64,000 nt of DNA from Balanoglossus misakiensis (GCA_040954595.2 CM082590.2:2852001-2916000), one strand, 5' to 3'; positions 27,001 to 36,610 are shown, counted from the first letter of the stretch. Translations and numbers: made by a program. Notes: generated from the sequence alone by a model not told the origin.

Positions 27001-30000
27001 ACGACCGTATGATTTGTAGTAGTTTGGTAGTGTCCAAATTCTTTTCACGATACAGCTTGCTTTTTAGCACCTTGTCGCTGATGTAGAGCAAGACACGATC
27101 TCTTATCTGGTTGTCTTTTTCCGTCTCGGGAAAATCACAGTCTTTCAGTAGGTTCTTGAGACGTATTACGTAGCTGTCGACCGTCTCCCCGGACGTGGGA
27201 GTTGCGCTGTAAAACTTCTGTCTCGCCATAGGAACGTTTTTCTGCAGTTGAAAGTGTTTATCCAAACATGCTATCAACGTTGCGCAGTTTGTGACGTCAC
27301 CAGTTTCATCTTCAGATTTAGTGCTAACAATGTCTCTGATGCCCGCTCCAGCCATGTGCAAAAGTAAGGCACGCTTCTGCGCATTATTTGAAACACCAGA
27401 AGCTGCTACGAACAGTTCAAATTCCTGAAGCCAACGCTCCCACCTTTGCTGAAGAGCCTCCGGTTCGCCTTCACAGTCGAATCCCGCCACTCCTGGCAGT
27501 CCGGACAGCGTTACGGGTGTAGACATTTTCATGCACTCAAATCACGGCTAAAAAGTCACCAAATCTCGTAAAGGTTGCTTGCGTATGTTCTTCGATAGTT
27601 AATTTAGACAACTAAATCCTCGTCGCCATTTATGTGATGTCCGGGGAGGGGTTATTGACAGTCGACAACGACGGAGTTCCACAGAAGTGATGTTTATTGA
27701 ATGACAACCACGCGGGAACTAACAGTTACAGGAAATCACGTATACAGACCATGTGACAATCACGTGATCATGACAATACTATCACAATGATCTGATATAA
27801 ACTGATGGTTCATAACTATTCACCATAGACCTGAACTTGTTTGTGACATTTACTGATGCAAATAACAACTGCACAATTTGAATATTGCCATAACTATTTT
27901 CAAAGGTAGTTTGACACCCACCCCACCCAAAATGATAGAAGGATCAGTTAGTAACATTCTATACCCTTACATTTTTATGTGTCAGTGTCACACATATTTA
28001 GAAGATAAATGAAAACTGAATACAAGAATAAAAGTTTGTCTAACCTTTATGATCTTCTTTGACAAGTTCTTGGCAGCATGCCAAATGTCATGAGAATGTT
28101 TTATGTCTGGGTGATCGTCTCCTATAAGAGTGGGTAAATGTGATTACAAATGGAGCTTCAAAATGACAGTGTTATGATTGCCAAATACATTATCTCAGAA
28201 AAACAAAATCAACATTGACCTGTATAACAGCTTTGCTTTTGGCATTTCAAAGCAACATATAACCCAAGTTAAGATGGGTCCCTAGGATCTTTTTGCTCGT
28301 TGCTATGGGCCTTTATAGGACACTACACTCAATTTTGATCGAAACCGTTATGAACGTCCGACAAGGGGCTTGTAACTAGTTAAAAATACGCACGATTGTG
28401 TGCACACCCCCTGTCCGAGTATGGTTACGGCAGCTACCGCCCGGCCATAGGCCGCCACGCTAATACGGCAAAGCAGCAGTCACCGATAGCGTGCGCGTCC
28501 TGTAACCACAGTAACTGGATCGAACGCTAAAAATCCAATGTTTTGTACACAGAGATTTTGTACCGTTCACGAAAATCCCTAAGGCTTTTTTCATAGGCGA
28601 CGTAGGCCAGCCAAATTTGACCTGCTTGTTGAGAATGCACTTCCGCATAGTGTGACGGATCGTTTTTTCGGTTTTCGTCGTGCTAAGAAGCGATACCGGT
28701 GGAAGAGTGCGTCCAAAAACACCCACAATCGATGACTTTTTCAGGTGTGGTACGGGTATGCTGAAATCGTAGGATACAACGATAATATTCGAAAACAAAA
28801 TCCGTCACGATCTTCCCTGGTTCAAGCAACTAATGAATACGTATCAAGTTCGTTTTTGAGGTCACGGAATAAAAAGCCTTAGGCTTTTGAAATTTGACCT
28901 AGCTAATTTGCATATCAATGGCGTCAGGGGGCGCGCGCTCACAATCGTGCAGATTTTCAACTAGTTACCAGCCCCTTGTTAGACTCTGAAAACGGCTTAG
29001 TCCAAATCGGGGTGTAATGTCCTATAAAGGCCCATAGCAACGGGAAAAAAGATCCTAGGGACCCATCTTAAAATCATAAAATTACACTTACTCATCAGAG
29101 CTGTAATCTGCATGTGGGCATCTGTTACGACTTCTTTGACATTTACACCTTTCTCCTGAAGCTGGTTTAGACTTTTAACAAGGCAGGCCTTTTCCATGTT
29201 TGTTGACTTCTTCTCTGTTTCTCTTTTGTCCATGGTTATTATCGACAGAATTTTCTTGGTGGTTTCCTCCATCACAGTATAGGTGCAATATTGCGCACAA
29301 AAACCCGGGGAATCCATTCGCCCATCACCTGAGACATAATCAAGTAAATATGTCAGTCAAATTATACATAAGTATGCATAAGTGAGAACATTTCCAATTC
29401 AATGATTTTACAATGAGTATGAAATGATGCAAATGAGGAAGTAAATGCCACCAAATAATAACTATTGTATTCTCTTTTCTAAATCAGCAGAATAGAGTGT
29501 GTAAGTATAAACTTTTAGACATAAATTACAAGTGCATTGGCAGACATGTGATGGATAATCAGTGGGGTGAGCCAATCAGATTAGGTGCGTGTCATTAACA
29601 ATGAAGCTAAAAACTTACCCAGTAAAACAAGTTCTTGGCCATCAAATGAATCAATGATGTCTTGTTGTTGTCGTATCCAAAATTCATCAAGACATGGTAT
29701 TAGATAAGCTTTCTGAATTCTATTGTAAGTATTCTGGGAGCAAATTCTGAGTGACAGAATGCTTGCCAAAAAATTAATTTTGGCATAATTATTACCAGAC
29801 AATAGAATGGCAGCTGCTGTGAAGAGATCACCACTATGAAGTCTCCTGTTCAAAATTGGTTGTGAACACCATTCGTACTCAAGGTGACCAGCTGAGCATT
29901 CCTGAAAAAAAAAAGTTTAAAGATTCATGCTTATTTGATCATTTCATGTTGATTTCTCCAAGACACGATAAAACAGATGTTAATACCGATAACTTTGTAA

Positions 30001-30388
30001 TTTCAGTTGACTATTGTTTTTTATTATAAACCTAAAGGAACAATGTGCACCCACATAGGATTATAACTAGAGTTTCCTGTTCATCTAAATAATACTGGCA
30101 TAGTGATTGTCCATACAATGCACACTACAGTTGGTATAGTTTAACAATAATTGTCAAGAATATACCATATTTAGTTCACACTCACCCACTTTAGATATAA
30201 AGCTGAGCCAACAAACTTTGAAGTAGAGGATATCAATCCACTGCAAGACTTCAATGCACAGACTTGCCTAATAGATTTTTTGCCAAGGGCCAGAAGCTGG
30301 TTCAAAAAAACAGACATGTTGTAGAGTCACCAAGGAGGCTTTCCCCATCTTCTTCTGTGACAACTCTCTGCAGACCCGGTGATGGTGT

Positions 30389-30431
<43 letters not shown>

Positions 30432-33400
30432 CCACCGTCACTTTCAATATCGTCGTCACCAATGGCAGGAACCACCTGCACGCCATTAGTTCTGAGAAAT
30501 GGACAAAAAATCCTAACAATGCTCATGACTTGTCCATCAGAGTTTGTCAGTCAGCTGTTAGTACAAATGTTGTAAGTTGATGTTTCATTCATAAAAGAAA
30601 ATTTATCATATATATGAATTTTAGCGTCCAACACTTAGGCTTTTTTTAACCATGAGGATATTTTGCCTTCCATTTGTTGTGTACCCATCCAATAAGGAAC
30701 TTTGATGATAGTGATAAATGCGCACTTACATTATAGAAATATCAAAGATGGGCTCATAGTCATAATCATCATCGTCACATAGGTTCATGTCTTCCTCTTT
30801 GTCTTCCTCAGAAATATCAATGCTCAACCTGGTAGTAATAAAACCAAGGAATTAATCTGAATAGTGGGACAATGCTGCTCACTAAAAATACATATAGTCA
30901 CTCATAAGCACAAAAAAGAAAGAAAACATTTCCCATGAATTTAAGTACAAGCAAATGTTCTGACACACGTGATGCATGTCATGAAACTGATTTTCCCAAC
31001 AAATTTAAATTTAGTGTAACAGGAGAAAAGAAGCAATCGAAAAGGCTTGCTCAAGCAAGGGATACATGCATGCCGTATATGACAATAGAATAAGGAAAAC
31101 TTACTCAAATGGATTGATGAAAGACTCAGACAAATTTCTTGGAAATCTTACACGGCCGCTGGATAAAAACATGACAAAATAGGCACACATGAGACGGCAA
31201 TATGTACTGAACTAATTTACAGCTGTGAACTAAATATAACACACATGAAAATTGAACTCTGAAACAAAGTGACAGGGGCACACAGGGACAGCAGCATCAC
31301 TGCTTATTTTTACAGGTTCCTCTCTATCTTGGTTTCACACAAGTAAATTTAGGGTGATTGGTAAACATTTGCCATTTTGCTTTCTAAGAAATATTTTCAT
31401 GTTGATAGCTACACAGAATAACTTATTCACACAAGCATAAGCAAGGGAGTTAGAAATTAGTACATTTACATGTATGTAAAGCAGTCGCTCCTGCTTTTGT
31501 CCTAAAGCAGGAGATTAATGTTTATCACAAAAGGTACAAAAGAGGGGGGAAAGCCACATTTCACTATAAAAGTTTACCTAACTACAGTTTATCTTCAGAT
31601 TATTAGAATCTCACACTCCCAAGGACCTGGGATCACATTTCTCACAAGAGTTGGGGATTTTCTGTCCCACACGAGCCGCAGGCTCGTGTGGGACAGAATA
31701 TCCCCGACGAGTGTGAGAAATATGATCCCAGGTCCTTGGTGTGTGAGATTCTTTTTCTCACACGGTCACAAATTAGCCAAGTTCGTTAAAAACATTGAAT
31801 AAATGACTCTGGAATTGTTGTCTGGGGGCACGTTGTAGTCTCTGTGCCTGTAATACACATCGCGCCATTGGATAACATTTAGTGCGCGTAGCGACAGAAC
31901 ACTTTGTCAACCAATCAGCACTCACGTCATATACAGCTTTCTATTCAGTGAGATTGTGAGAACAATTTGTTCCCACACTCTGTTCTCACACTCCCAGCGT
32001 ACGGGGAGTGTAAGAAAAGATAGTGTCATACCTTTCACTTTGTACTGGCTGTGATGGGCCTTCTGTAGATTCCATAGGTTTCTCTTGTGATGATTCTCCT
32101 ATCTCCTGAACATCTATCTCTGCAATTCCAGAGATGGAAGAAACCCTGTACAAAGAAAAAAAAGACTAAAATTTGATACATGACAAACTAGGTCTGCACA
32201 AACGTTGTAGGTTCCAGTTCCCCCTAATCCCCCAACCAGTAAGCAGTGAAAAACCTATGTTTGCTGGATTAAAACCATAGACGTGAATGTCTTGGTCAAC
32301 ACACTGAATAAATTGTATAGGATGATTTTGGTTGTTTATTGGAGGGCAAATGTCAGGTATACTTCGCCATTGTTATGTTGATTATTGTCACCTGAGAGTT
32401 TGAGCAGAGGCTTTTCCTCATACTACAGATTGTGGCTAGAAGCATTGAAATTATCATGTAATGTAAAAAAACAGTGCTTAAACACCTACCTGACTGATGA
32501 TATTTCTGATGCAACTAATTCTTCTAAATTTTTTTCGATATCACAAAGATGGCCATTTCCTGGCGTTGATGTCATAGGAAAAGTTTGGGTGGCTTGTCCT
32601 TGATCATCACGTTGCCTATAAATTTTAAGAAACAAATATATACTTTTAGGTATTCCCATCTATCACACAGATAACTATGTGGAATGCAACATTTCATTGT
32701 TTCATTTCTATAAATTATATTACGGACACAATTACTTTTCATGAGCCATAAAAACATGTCACCTCTTTAAAACAATATACATCATGTATACTGCAAGAGC
32801 CCCATCAAATATGAAAATCTATTGTGTACTATACAAAGCTCAAAGTATCATGATCAAAATTTATTTGGTACCTAGTTTCCATAGACGGTGCAAATACTTG
32901 CAGTGTTTCTTGGCCACTTGGAGATGATGCAGGCCTGGTAAATTCTGCATCTGTTGTTGCTGTAACTTGATGTTCATAATACCTGTCCACACAAATAATA
33001 AGACACAATGAACCTTTTTTGCCTTTACAATGGCTTGTTTACGTAGCCAATTTCTGTCTTTAGAATGGATTACACACAGCCATAATTTGCCTCAGAGGAC
33101 ATGTTACAGACACGTAAGGTGAGAATAAGATAACTACGAGAAAATAGCCAAATTTTTCTTCAGTTCATATACAGCTCAAGAAATGTACACAACTGGCTAT
33201 AACAAAACGGAAGTTGTAGCAGAACAAAGAACAACCAAATTCCGCTATAAGCATATTGTCTCGTATGTTCGATAACAGTAATACATGTAGATTGTCCGGA
33301 GGAAAAAAAAGAAAAAAAAAAAAAATTGCAGTACCGTACAATTTATCTCGCATAGTCATACATTGATACAAACGGTCCAGCGTACTACATACAACTGCTG

Positions 33401-33805
33401 GTCGAGGGCGAGGTATGCGCTGGGCAAAATCACTAAGTGAAATACGACTTGAAACAGCACATTTAGAATTACATTGAGATGATGCTCGCAGTGATTCTGT
33501 GAGACACAGATTCTAAATTCATGTACACAATTCATGCCGTATCTTTGGCTATGGAGTACGTACACAGTGAATGCACGAATATGTACTTACCGGTCGATCA
33601 GTACCTTTGCGACCTGGCGGTTCGTTTCCAATACCAAGGAGCGTTTGATTTCATTCCAACGATGAATTTCCGAGAAAATGTTTATCTGACCTACTTGTTT
33701 CAGCAATTGTTTACGTTTTTTTGCCGAAGCAGTGGTTTGTGGGCGGCCACGAGCACGTTTACGTTTACCACTGCTACTGGGAACAGACGCCAAAGCATCC
33801 GCCAT
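21057..33805 (-). CDS. Kolobok DDE transposase, 14 predicted exons, ~790 aa, one single-base frameshift in exon 7
   Basis: Exons (GT-AG, phases compatible): 33591-33805, 32872-32982, 32490-32615, 32032-32145, 31105-31158, 30730-30828, 30186-30491, 29619-29901, 29092-29328, 28045-28121, 22652-22756, 22174-22394, 21622-21786, 21057-21321. Motifs: CALKSC...W.CSAGH (Zn), GDGRMDSPGFCAQYCTY, VVTDAH, HSHDIWH, W..HIVNHFWYCC, HHVVDEHTW...CDHGPL (H2CH-like), STAELESFQ..ILMYASKR, LAALDHN, and C-terminal PPPPTTDLV....SR. The frame breaks at the A7 run 30304-30310. Confidence 0.88.
22786..22939 (-). repeat. 3' LTR of the Gypsy element (154 bp)
   Basis: Identical to 27633-27786. On the minus strand it is preceded by the purine-rich tract AAAGTTGAGGAGA (PPT-like). 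Confidence 0.97.
23413..26010 (-). CDS. pol: Gypsy Pol: reverse transcriptase, RNase H, integrase
   Basis: RT motifs IRLCLDMRKAN, LDMNMAFHQ, RLVFGV and MHDD. RNase H motifs DASPVGVGA, YSQFEREAL and TDHKPL. Integrase H-H-C-C plus DDE (AVDLL, SDNGPPF, NGSVER). An in-frame tail continues past the TAA to 23191. Confidence 0.95.
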   Translation of the reverse strand: MLKLLKKLNELQKLGVIEKVSGPTSWVNPLVTVQKPDGDIRLCLDMRKANQAIVRERHPVPTMDETLEEISGAKVFCKLDMNMAFHQIELDEKSRDITTFSGPNSLYRYKRLVFGVNMATEKFQNLISQVLKGCEGAHNMHDDIRVVAENYEQLHARVGKVIKRFSEHGLTLNFTKCKLGDSMIFMGHLMTAQGMKLTDEKVKAIVKARTPTDKSELRSFLGLAQFCSKYVDKFATVTSPLWDLTRKDAKWKWLPKHEKVFNLIKHKLTTSPFMAYFKQGAKTRVTSDASPVGVGAILEQMQSNGSYQPVYYVSRKLTHVESRYSQFEREALGVKWACEKLQQFLLGSHFEVRTDHKPLLKVFSPNSRPPSARIERWLLYMQKFDYHITHIKGKNNYADMLSRLPVDEPSDNYCRETEDFACSVVLEAMPSAITPRDIERESAKDQSLQLVEKCITSANWSKLKSSPYWHVKDELWLYGRLIMRGNRLVVPQVLQRKILKIAHQGHQGIVRTKARLRDRVWWPGMDRDVEKLIRSCHPCQLVSARPNPEPLLPTQLPEGPWFDLAVDLLDVCDGEKLLVVTDLYSRWPEVVLLKKTDAAHVIKAMEAMFLTHGLPYCVKSDNGPPFTSAEFEGFLDYLGIDHEYSIPYWPQSNGSVERLNEIILKSVRIAKLQKKSWYKDLTHFLFEYRNTPHTVTGISPAMALMGREFRDKIPRLRIPSQTINESDWQIKMRERNNRMKMKQKFYADNRRHATSSDIREGDTVLLQQAFRQNKLTPNFETEPYKVIQKDGGALVLENSKGVKRRSTGHVKKYVEEYPEFSFQGTEWNSKHLTYEQPQRVQNGVPSCNPHIHDLSTHNNLDNLPV
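25901..27532 (-). CDS. gag: Gypsy Gag-protease (two CCHC zinc knuckles, aspartic protease) running into the RT N-terminus
   Basis: Motifs CFRCGRKGHMQREC, CFRCQKPGHRAADC, IIDSGATCN and ..VFNGLGKLKG..RRIPF. The true reading continues into pol across a frameshift at 25990-25995. Confidence 0.93.
   Translation of the reverse strand: MKMSTPVTLSGLPGVAGFDCEGEPEALQQRWERWLQEFELFVAASGVSNNAQKRALLLHMAGAGIRDIVSTKSEDETGDVTNCATLIACLDKHFQLQKNVPMARQKFYSATPTSGETVDSYVIRLKNLLKDCDFPETEKDNQIRDRVLLYISDKVLKSKLYREKNLDTTKLLQIIRSYHDKDALVLVSGTQAVSANAVNIGGKRTRAKNKMADLACFRCGRKGHMQRECRASTSGSSRNAEQKSDRCFRCQKPGHRAADCRAKWEDCPSKDSENGNSRGSGGNRSARGRGRTRGDGRGTHKVAQTTTDANADGGHADVETDEEKAYYAFNAAFRASSGKDLTDTGIQIENQHVPVIIDSGATCNLIGERQFRRLAEKRGVKVRNCNNKVFTYGSSKPLDILGKCALHVEAPTKKKCIADFIVIKADQPILLSRSTSENLDMLRVGNVNLYTINSISADNSSPILAELRRKYPEVFNGLGKLKGYKLHLHIDESVKPIAQYRRIPFNRRAKVVEKTQRASKAGSNREGFGSDLLGQPPCNSTKA
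27616..27628 (-). promoter_or_regulatory. Primer-binding site TGGCGACGAGGAT, complementary to the 3' end of tRNA-Ser(GCU)
   Basis: It lies 4 nt downstream of the 5' LTR on the minus strand. It matches the ...AUCCUCGUCGCCA end of metazoan tRNA-Ser(GCU) as I recall it. Confidence 0.8.
27633..27786 (-). repeat. 5' LTR of the Gypsy element (154 bp)
   Basis: tgtgatgtccgggg...caatactatcaca is a direct repeat of 22786-22939 and is adjacent to the PBS. Confidence 0.97.
28273..29067. mobile_element. Second non-autonomous TTAA-targeting TIR element (795 bp; Kolobok-like GA...TC termini) in transposase intron 9
   Basis: TTAA at 28269-28272 and 29068-29071. TIRs begin GATGGGTCCCTAGGATCTTTTT and stay imperfectly complementary for ~140 bp (to ...cccctg / cagggg...). 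No credible ORF. Confidence 0.88.
30389..30431. repeat. (CAT)n microsatellite encoding poly-Asp in transposase exon 7
   Basis: About 14 CAT units, read as GAT codons on the minus strand. Confidence 0.9.
31600..32022. mobile_element. Hairpin-ended non-autonomous element (possibly Crypton-like) in transposase intron 4
   Basis: ~148-bp imperfect palindrome at 31605-31752 centred on acacgagc-cgca-ggctcgtgtg. ttttctcacac just inside the hairpin is inverted at the far end (gtgtaagaaaag, ~32008-32019). Boundaries are approximate and the family assignment is tentative. Confidence 0.6.
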
Positions 33806-34069
33806 GACTGTCGCTACAGCTATAATTATATGTATGACGTTTCATTTTGTGTATATACCCTTGCACATGCGCACATTGGTAATGATCGAAGCCCGGCCCG
33901 CGTCCGCGCTCGAATAAATGGTAAAGAACGATTATTCATTTTGGTGATTTTTTTACTCTCGTGTCTACAAGCGGGATGGAACTTGTGTGTGGTCGAACGT
34001 TGATTCACTATATATCAACATTTAAAATAACATACACAGTGTCTTGAATGAATCAAAATTAATGGAAAA

Positions 34070-34097
34070 AAGGCAAAAAGAGAGAGACTTTGTCCCT
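34070..34097 (-). repeat. Right terminal inverted repeat of the Kolobok element (28 bp)
   Basis: aaggcaaaaagagagagactttgtccct is immediately followed by TTAA. Confidence 0.93.
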
Positions 34098-34425
34098 TTA
34101 AGTCAAAGGCTGATATTTCTCACTGTGTGTGACCAGGGTATCATTTTAAACACAGACTGGACTTTGACTACTGTGTCCAATGGAAAAAATACATCAGCAT
34201 CTATGTCTGCAAAAAGGTGTCAAAACTGACATATCTTATCATGTATGTCATCAAACTCAAAGGATAATATCTTCATTTCATGTGACCTGCCTGGTTAAAG
34301 TTTACCGCCAACATTTCACCATGCTTTACCCACCCACCCATGGCACAGTGTGTCAAATCCAATATTTGGTTCGATGAATGAACCATGAAAGTTTCCGAAT
34401 TGGTACTACCCGAAAACTGCATGGC

Positions 34426-35060
34426 AAGCTAAATTTGGAATTTGGATGGGGTGGGGAGGTAAAGCTAACCTAACGTACAGTCGTTTAGATTTAACATTAT
34501 GCCTGTGAGTTACATGTTAATATTTTCTGCATGTCTGTCGCGTACAATGCGTCGGTGCGGAAAAATGATCACAGGTACTATTCAGAAGAATTCCGCTGAA
34601 TCATGGTGACGATGTGCATGGAAAAATCCTGATTATGATCTAACTGATAAACAATAGCATGATATTAATAAAATATACACATTAACCAATGAATGAACCA
34701 TCGTGAAGATTGTGCCCCAACACTTATTTAAGCTTTTATCATTATTATACCTTTGTCATTACTAAATATATCAACAGCCCTGTACACCAAAGCTATCACC
34801 ACATTTGTTAACCTTTATTACACCATTCATATGAAACCCTTCACCATCATCAACCTCTATTATATTCATTGTTTTGGCCCATTATAATCTGTGTACCCTC
34901 AATTTTACCACAAACCATCACCACATTAGTTAACTGTTTATTAAACACTTCCACATGTGTTGCCCATTATTATACCATTGAAATTTATAAATCGATCATC
35001 ATACCTATCATACAAGCAATTGCTGATTGCTGTTAACCCTTGTGTACCACAAGCCATTAT
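34426..35060. repeat. Dispersed repeat, paralogous to 51008-51740
   Basis: Shared aagctaaatttggaatttggatggggtggggagg..aagctaacctaac, tgtctgtcgcgtacaatg and taaaatatacacattaaccaatgaatgaacca, followed by degenerate ttattataccc repeats. Confidence 0.8.
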
Positions 35061-35861
35061 CATGAAATAGGCAACATGAATTTCACATAACACAGTTTGT
35101 CAGCTCTGAGAATATTGTTCTCAGGACCATGTCCCACGCTTAATAAAAGTGTTGTGTATGTGGTACAGTTTAGATTCCTTGTCAGATTTCCCATAACACA
35201 GTTCGTGAGCCCCGAAAAGTACCATAACACAATTCTCATGAACATTTCCCATGATCAATAAAAGTGTTGTGTGTAGCATAGTCATTTTTCCGTTTGCTGT
35301 GACATTTGTCTCCGTGTGAGAGTTTAAGTAAATGTGGAAACACGCAAATTAGGCAACATCAATATCCCGTACAGAATTCAGTGTGTTTTGTTCGCATTTT
35401 TGGTTGCCATTTTGAAAATGAACAAAGGACTTTCCATTGACCAACACCCGTATGAATACGTCCAAATTACCCAACTTTAATATTCCTTAAATAATTGGTC
35501 AGCTGTGCAAATATTTTTCACCTGACCACTTCCTTTGCTAAGCAAGAGTGTTTTTTATGTAATAATATTAATATAATATTTATAACGTATGTAGCACATT
35601 AAATCTCAATGTGCTTTAAAGTTGTCCCATGGTCATTTGATTTAGGTCGTTGGACATAAATATTCCATTCAACTCCCTGGGGAGCAAACAACATCTCACC
35701 ATCTTTAGAAATGTCAAATTACAGTGCTTTTGGCCACGTATTAACCTGGGGATTTACAGTTAACTTTAAATACACATGCATATGCATTTAATCCCCATGT
35801 GACTATAAAACAGTTTGTAAATGTGAATATGTCCACATTACACAACTTGAATTTTACTTAA

Positions 35862-36192
35862 AGGGACAAAGTGTCTCTCTCGCTGCCCTTTTTACCATTA
35901 ATTATGTTTGATACAAGACATCGTTTATGTTGGCTGTATAGTGAATCAATGTTCGACCAAACACAACTTCCACCCCACTTGTACACACAAGAATGAAAAA
36001 ACTCGCCAAAATGAATAATCGGTGTTTACCATTTATTCATTTTTGCGAGATTTTTACTCTCAGATTCTACAAACGGGATGAAAGTTGTTGGTTGAATGTT
36101 GATTCACTATATAGCCACATGTAGAATAACATAAATGGGTTCATGTATCAAACTTAATTGAACAATGGTGGCGAAAGAGAGACTTTGCCCCT
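35862..36192. mobile_element. Second copy of the palindromic Kolobok MITE (331 bp), outside the autonomous element
   Basis: TTAA flanks (35858-35861, 36193-36196). Termini agggacaaagtgtctctctcgctgccc...gaaagagagactttgcccct. It is homologous along its length to 20091-20431. Confidence 0.88.
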
Positions 36193-36339
36193 TTAAACAA
36201 TTGGTCAGCTCTGCGAATATAGTTCACCTGACCACTTCCTTTGCTAAGTAAGAGTGTTGTTTATATAATGATATCAATATAATATTTATTACTTATATAG
36301 CACATTACACAATAAATCTCAATGTGCTGCTTTGAAGTG

Positions 36340-36610
36340 TTTCCCATGGTAATTTGACCTAGGTCGGTGGACCTAAAATATTCCATCCCACTCCATGGGG
36401 AGCAAACAACAGCTCACATGTGCAGCTTTTATATCAGCACAGCAGACCTAAACATACTCATTACAATATCGGATCCACCAAATTACCTTTTCTTATGGGC
36501 GGGGAGAGGCAAGGAGATGTAAACACCACAACACCACAACCATGCCAGGGATCAAACCCTTGATTCTTTGATTATGGGTCTGATGCTCTAACGACTGGAC
36601 TATGACTTTA
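36340..36610 (-). mobile_element. Decayed tRNA-derived SINE
   Basis: Minus strand reads atagtccagtcgttagagcatcagacccataatcaaagaatcaagggtttgatccctggc, a tRNA-like head with degenerate A/B boxes. A body follows whose distal part (aactccctggggagcaaacaac on +) recurs at ~35671 and ~38310. Confidence 0.5.

Larger units (their letters stand above)
22786..27786 (-). mobile_element. Full-length Ty3/Gypsy LTR retrotransposon (Mag-like), 5001 bp, in transposase intron 10
   Basis: Two 154-bp TG...CA LTRs that read identical. 5-bp TSD ATGAT (22781-22785, 27787-27791). PBS and PPT are present. Domain order is gag-PR-RT-RH-IN. Confidence 0.97.
17425..34097. mobile_element. Full-length Kolobok-superfamily DNA transposon (transposase + KolX), 16.7 kb including nested insertions
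   Basis: TTAA at 17421-17424 and 34098-34101. Perfect 28-bp TIRs AGGGACAAAGTCTCTCTCTTTTTGCCTT (17425-17452; reverse complement 34070-34097) give RR...YY termini. It encloses a convergent DDE transposase gene and a P2X7-ballast-like gene, the established Kolobok organisation. Confidence 0.93.

Noticed and set aside
28460-28798. 112-aa ORF inside the 795-bp TIR element
   Set aside because: It has a non-ATG start and no transposase motifs; the element appears non-coding.
33521-34003. 160-aa plus-strand ORF near the right TIR
   Set aside because: It is antisense to transposase exon 1 and its upstream region, and has no recognisable motifs.
17425-34097. piggyBac, or KolobokP with long terminal direct repeats
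   Set aside because: The termini are AG..CT rather than CCY..RGG, and the transposase motifs are Kolobok-like. The left and right terminal regions are not direct repeats beyond the 28-bp TIR.
36540-36606. Functional tRNA gene
   Set aside because: The stems and B-box are degenerate (GGTTTGATCC), and it is attached to a SINE-like body.
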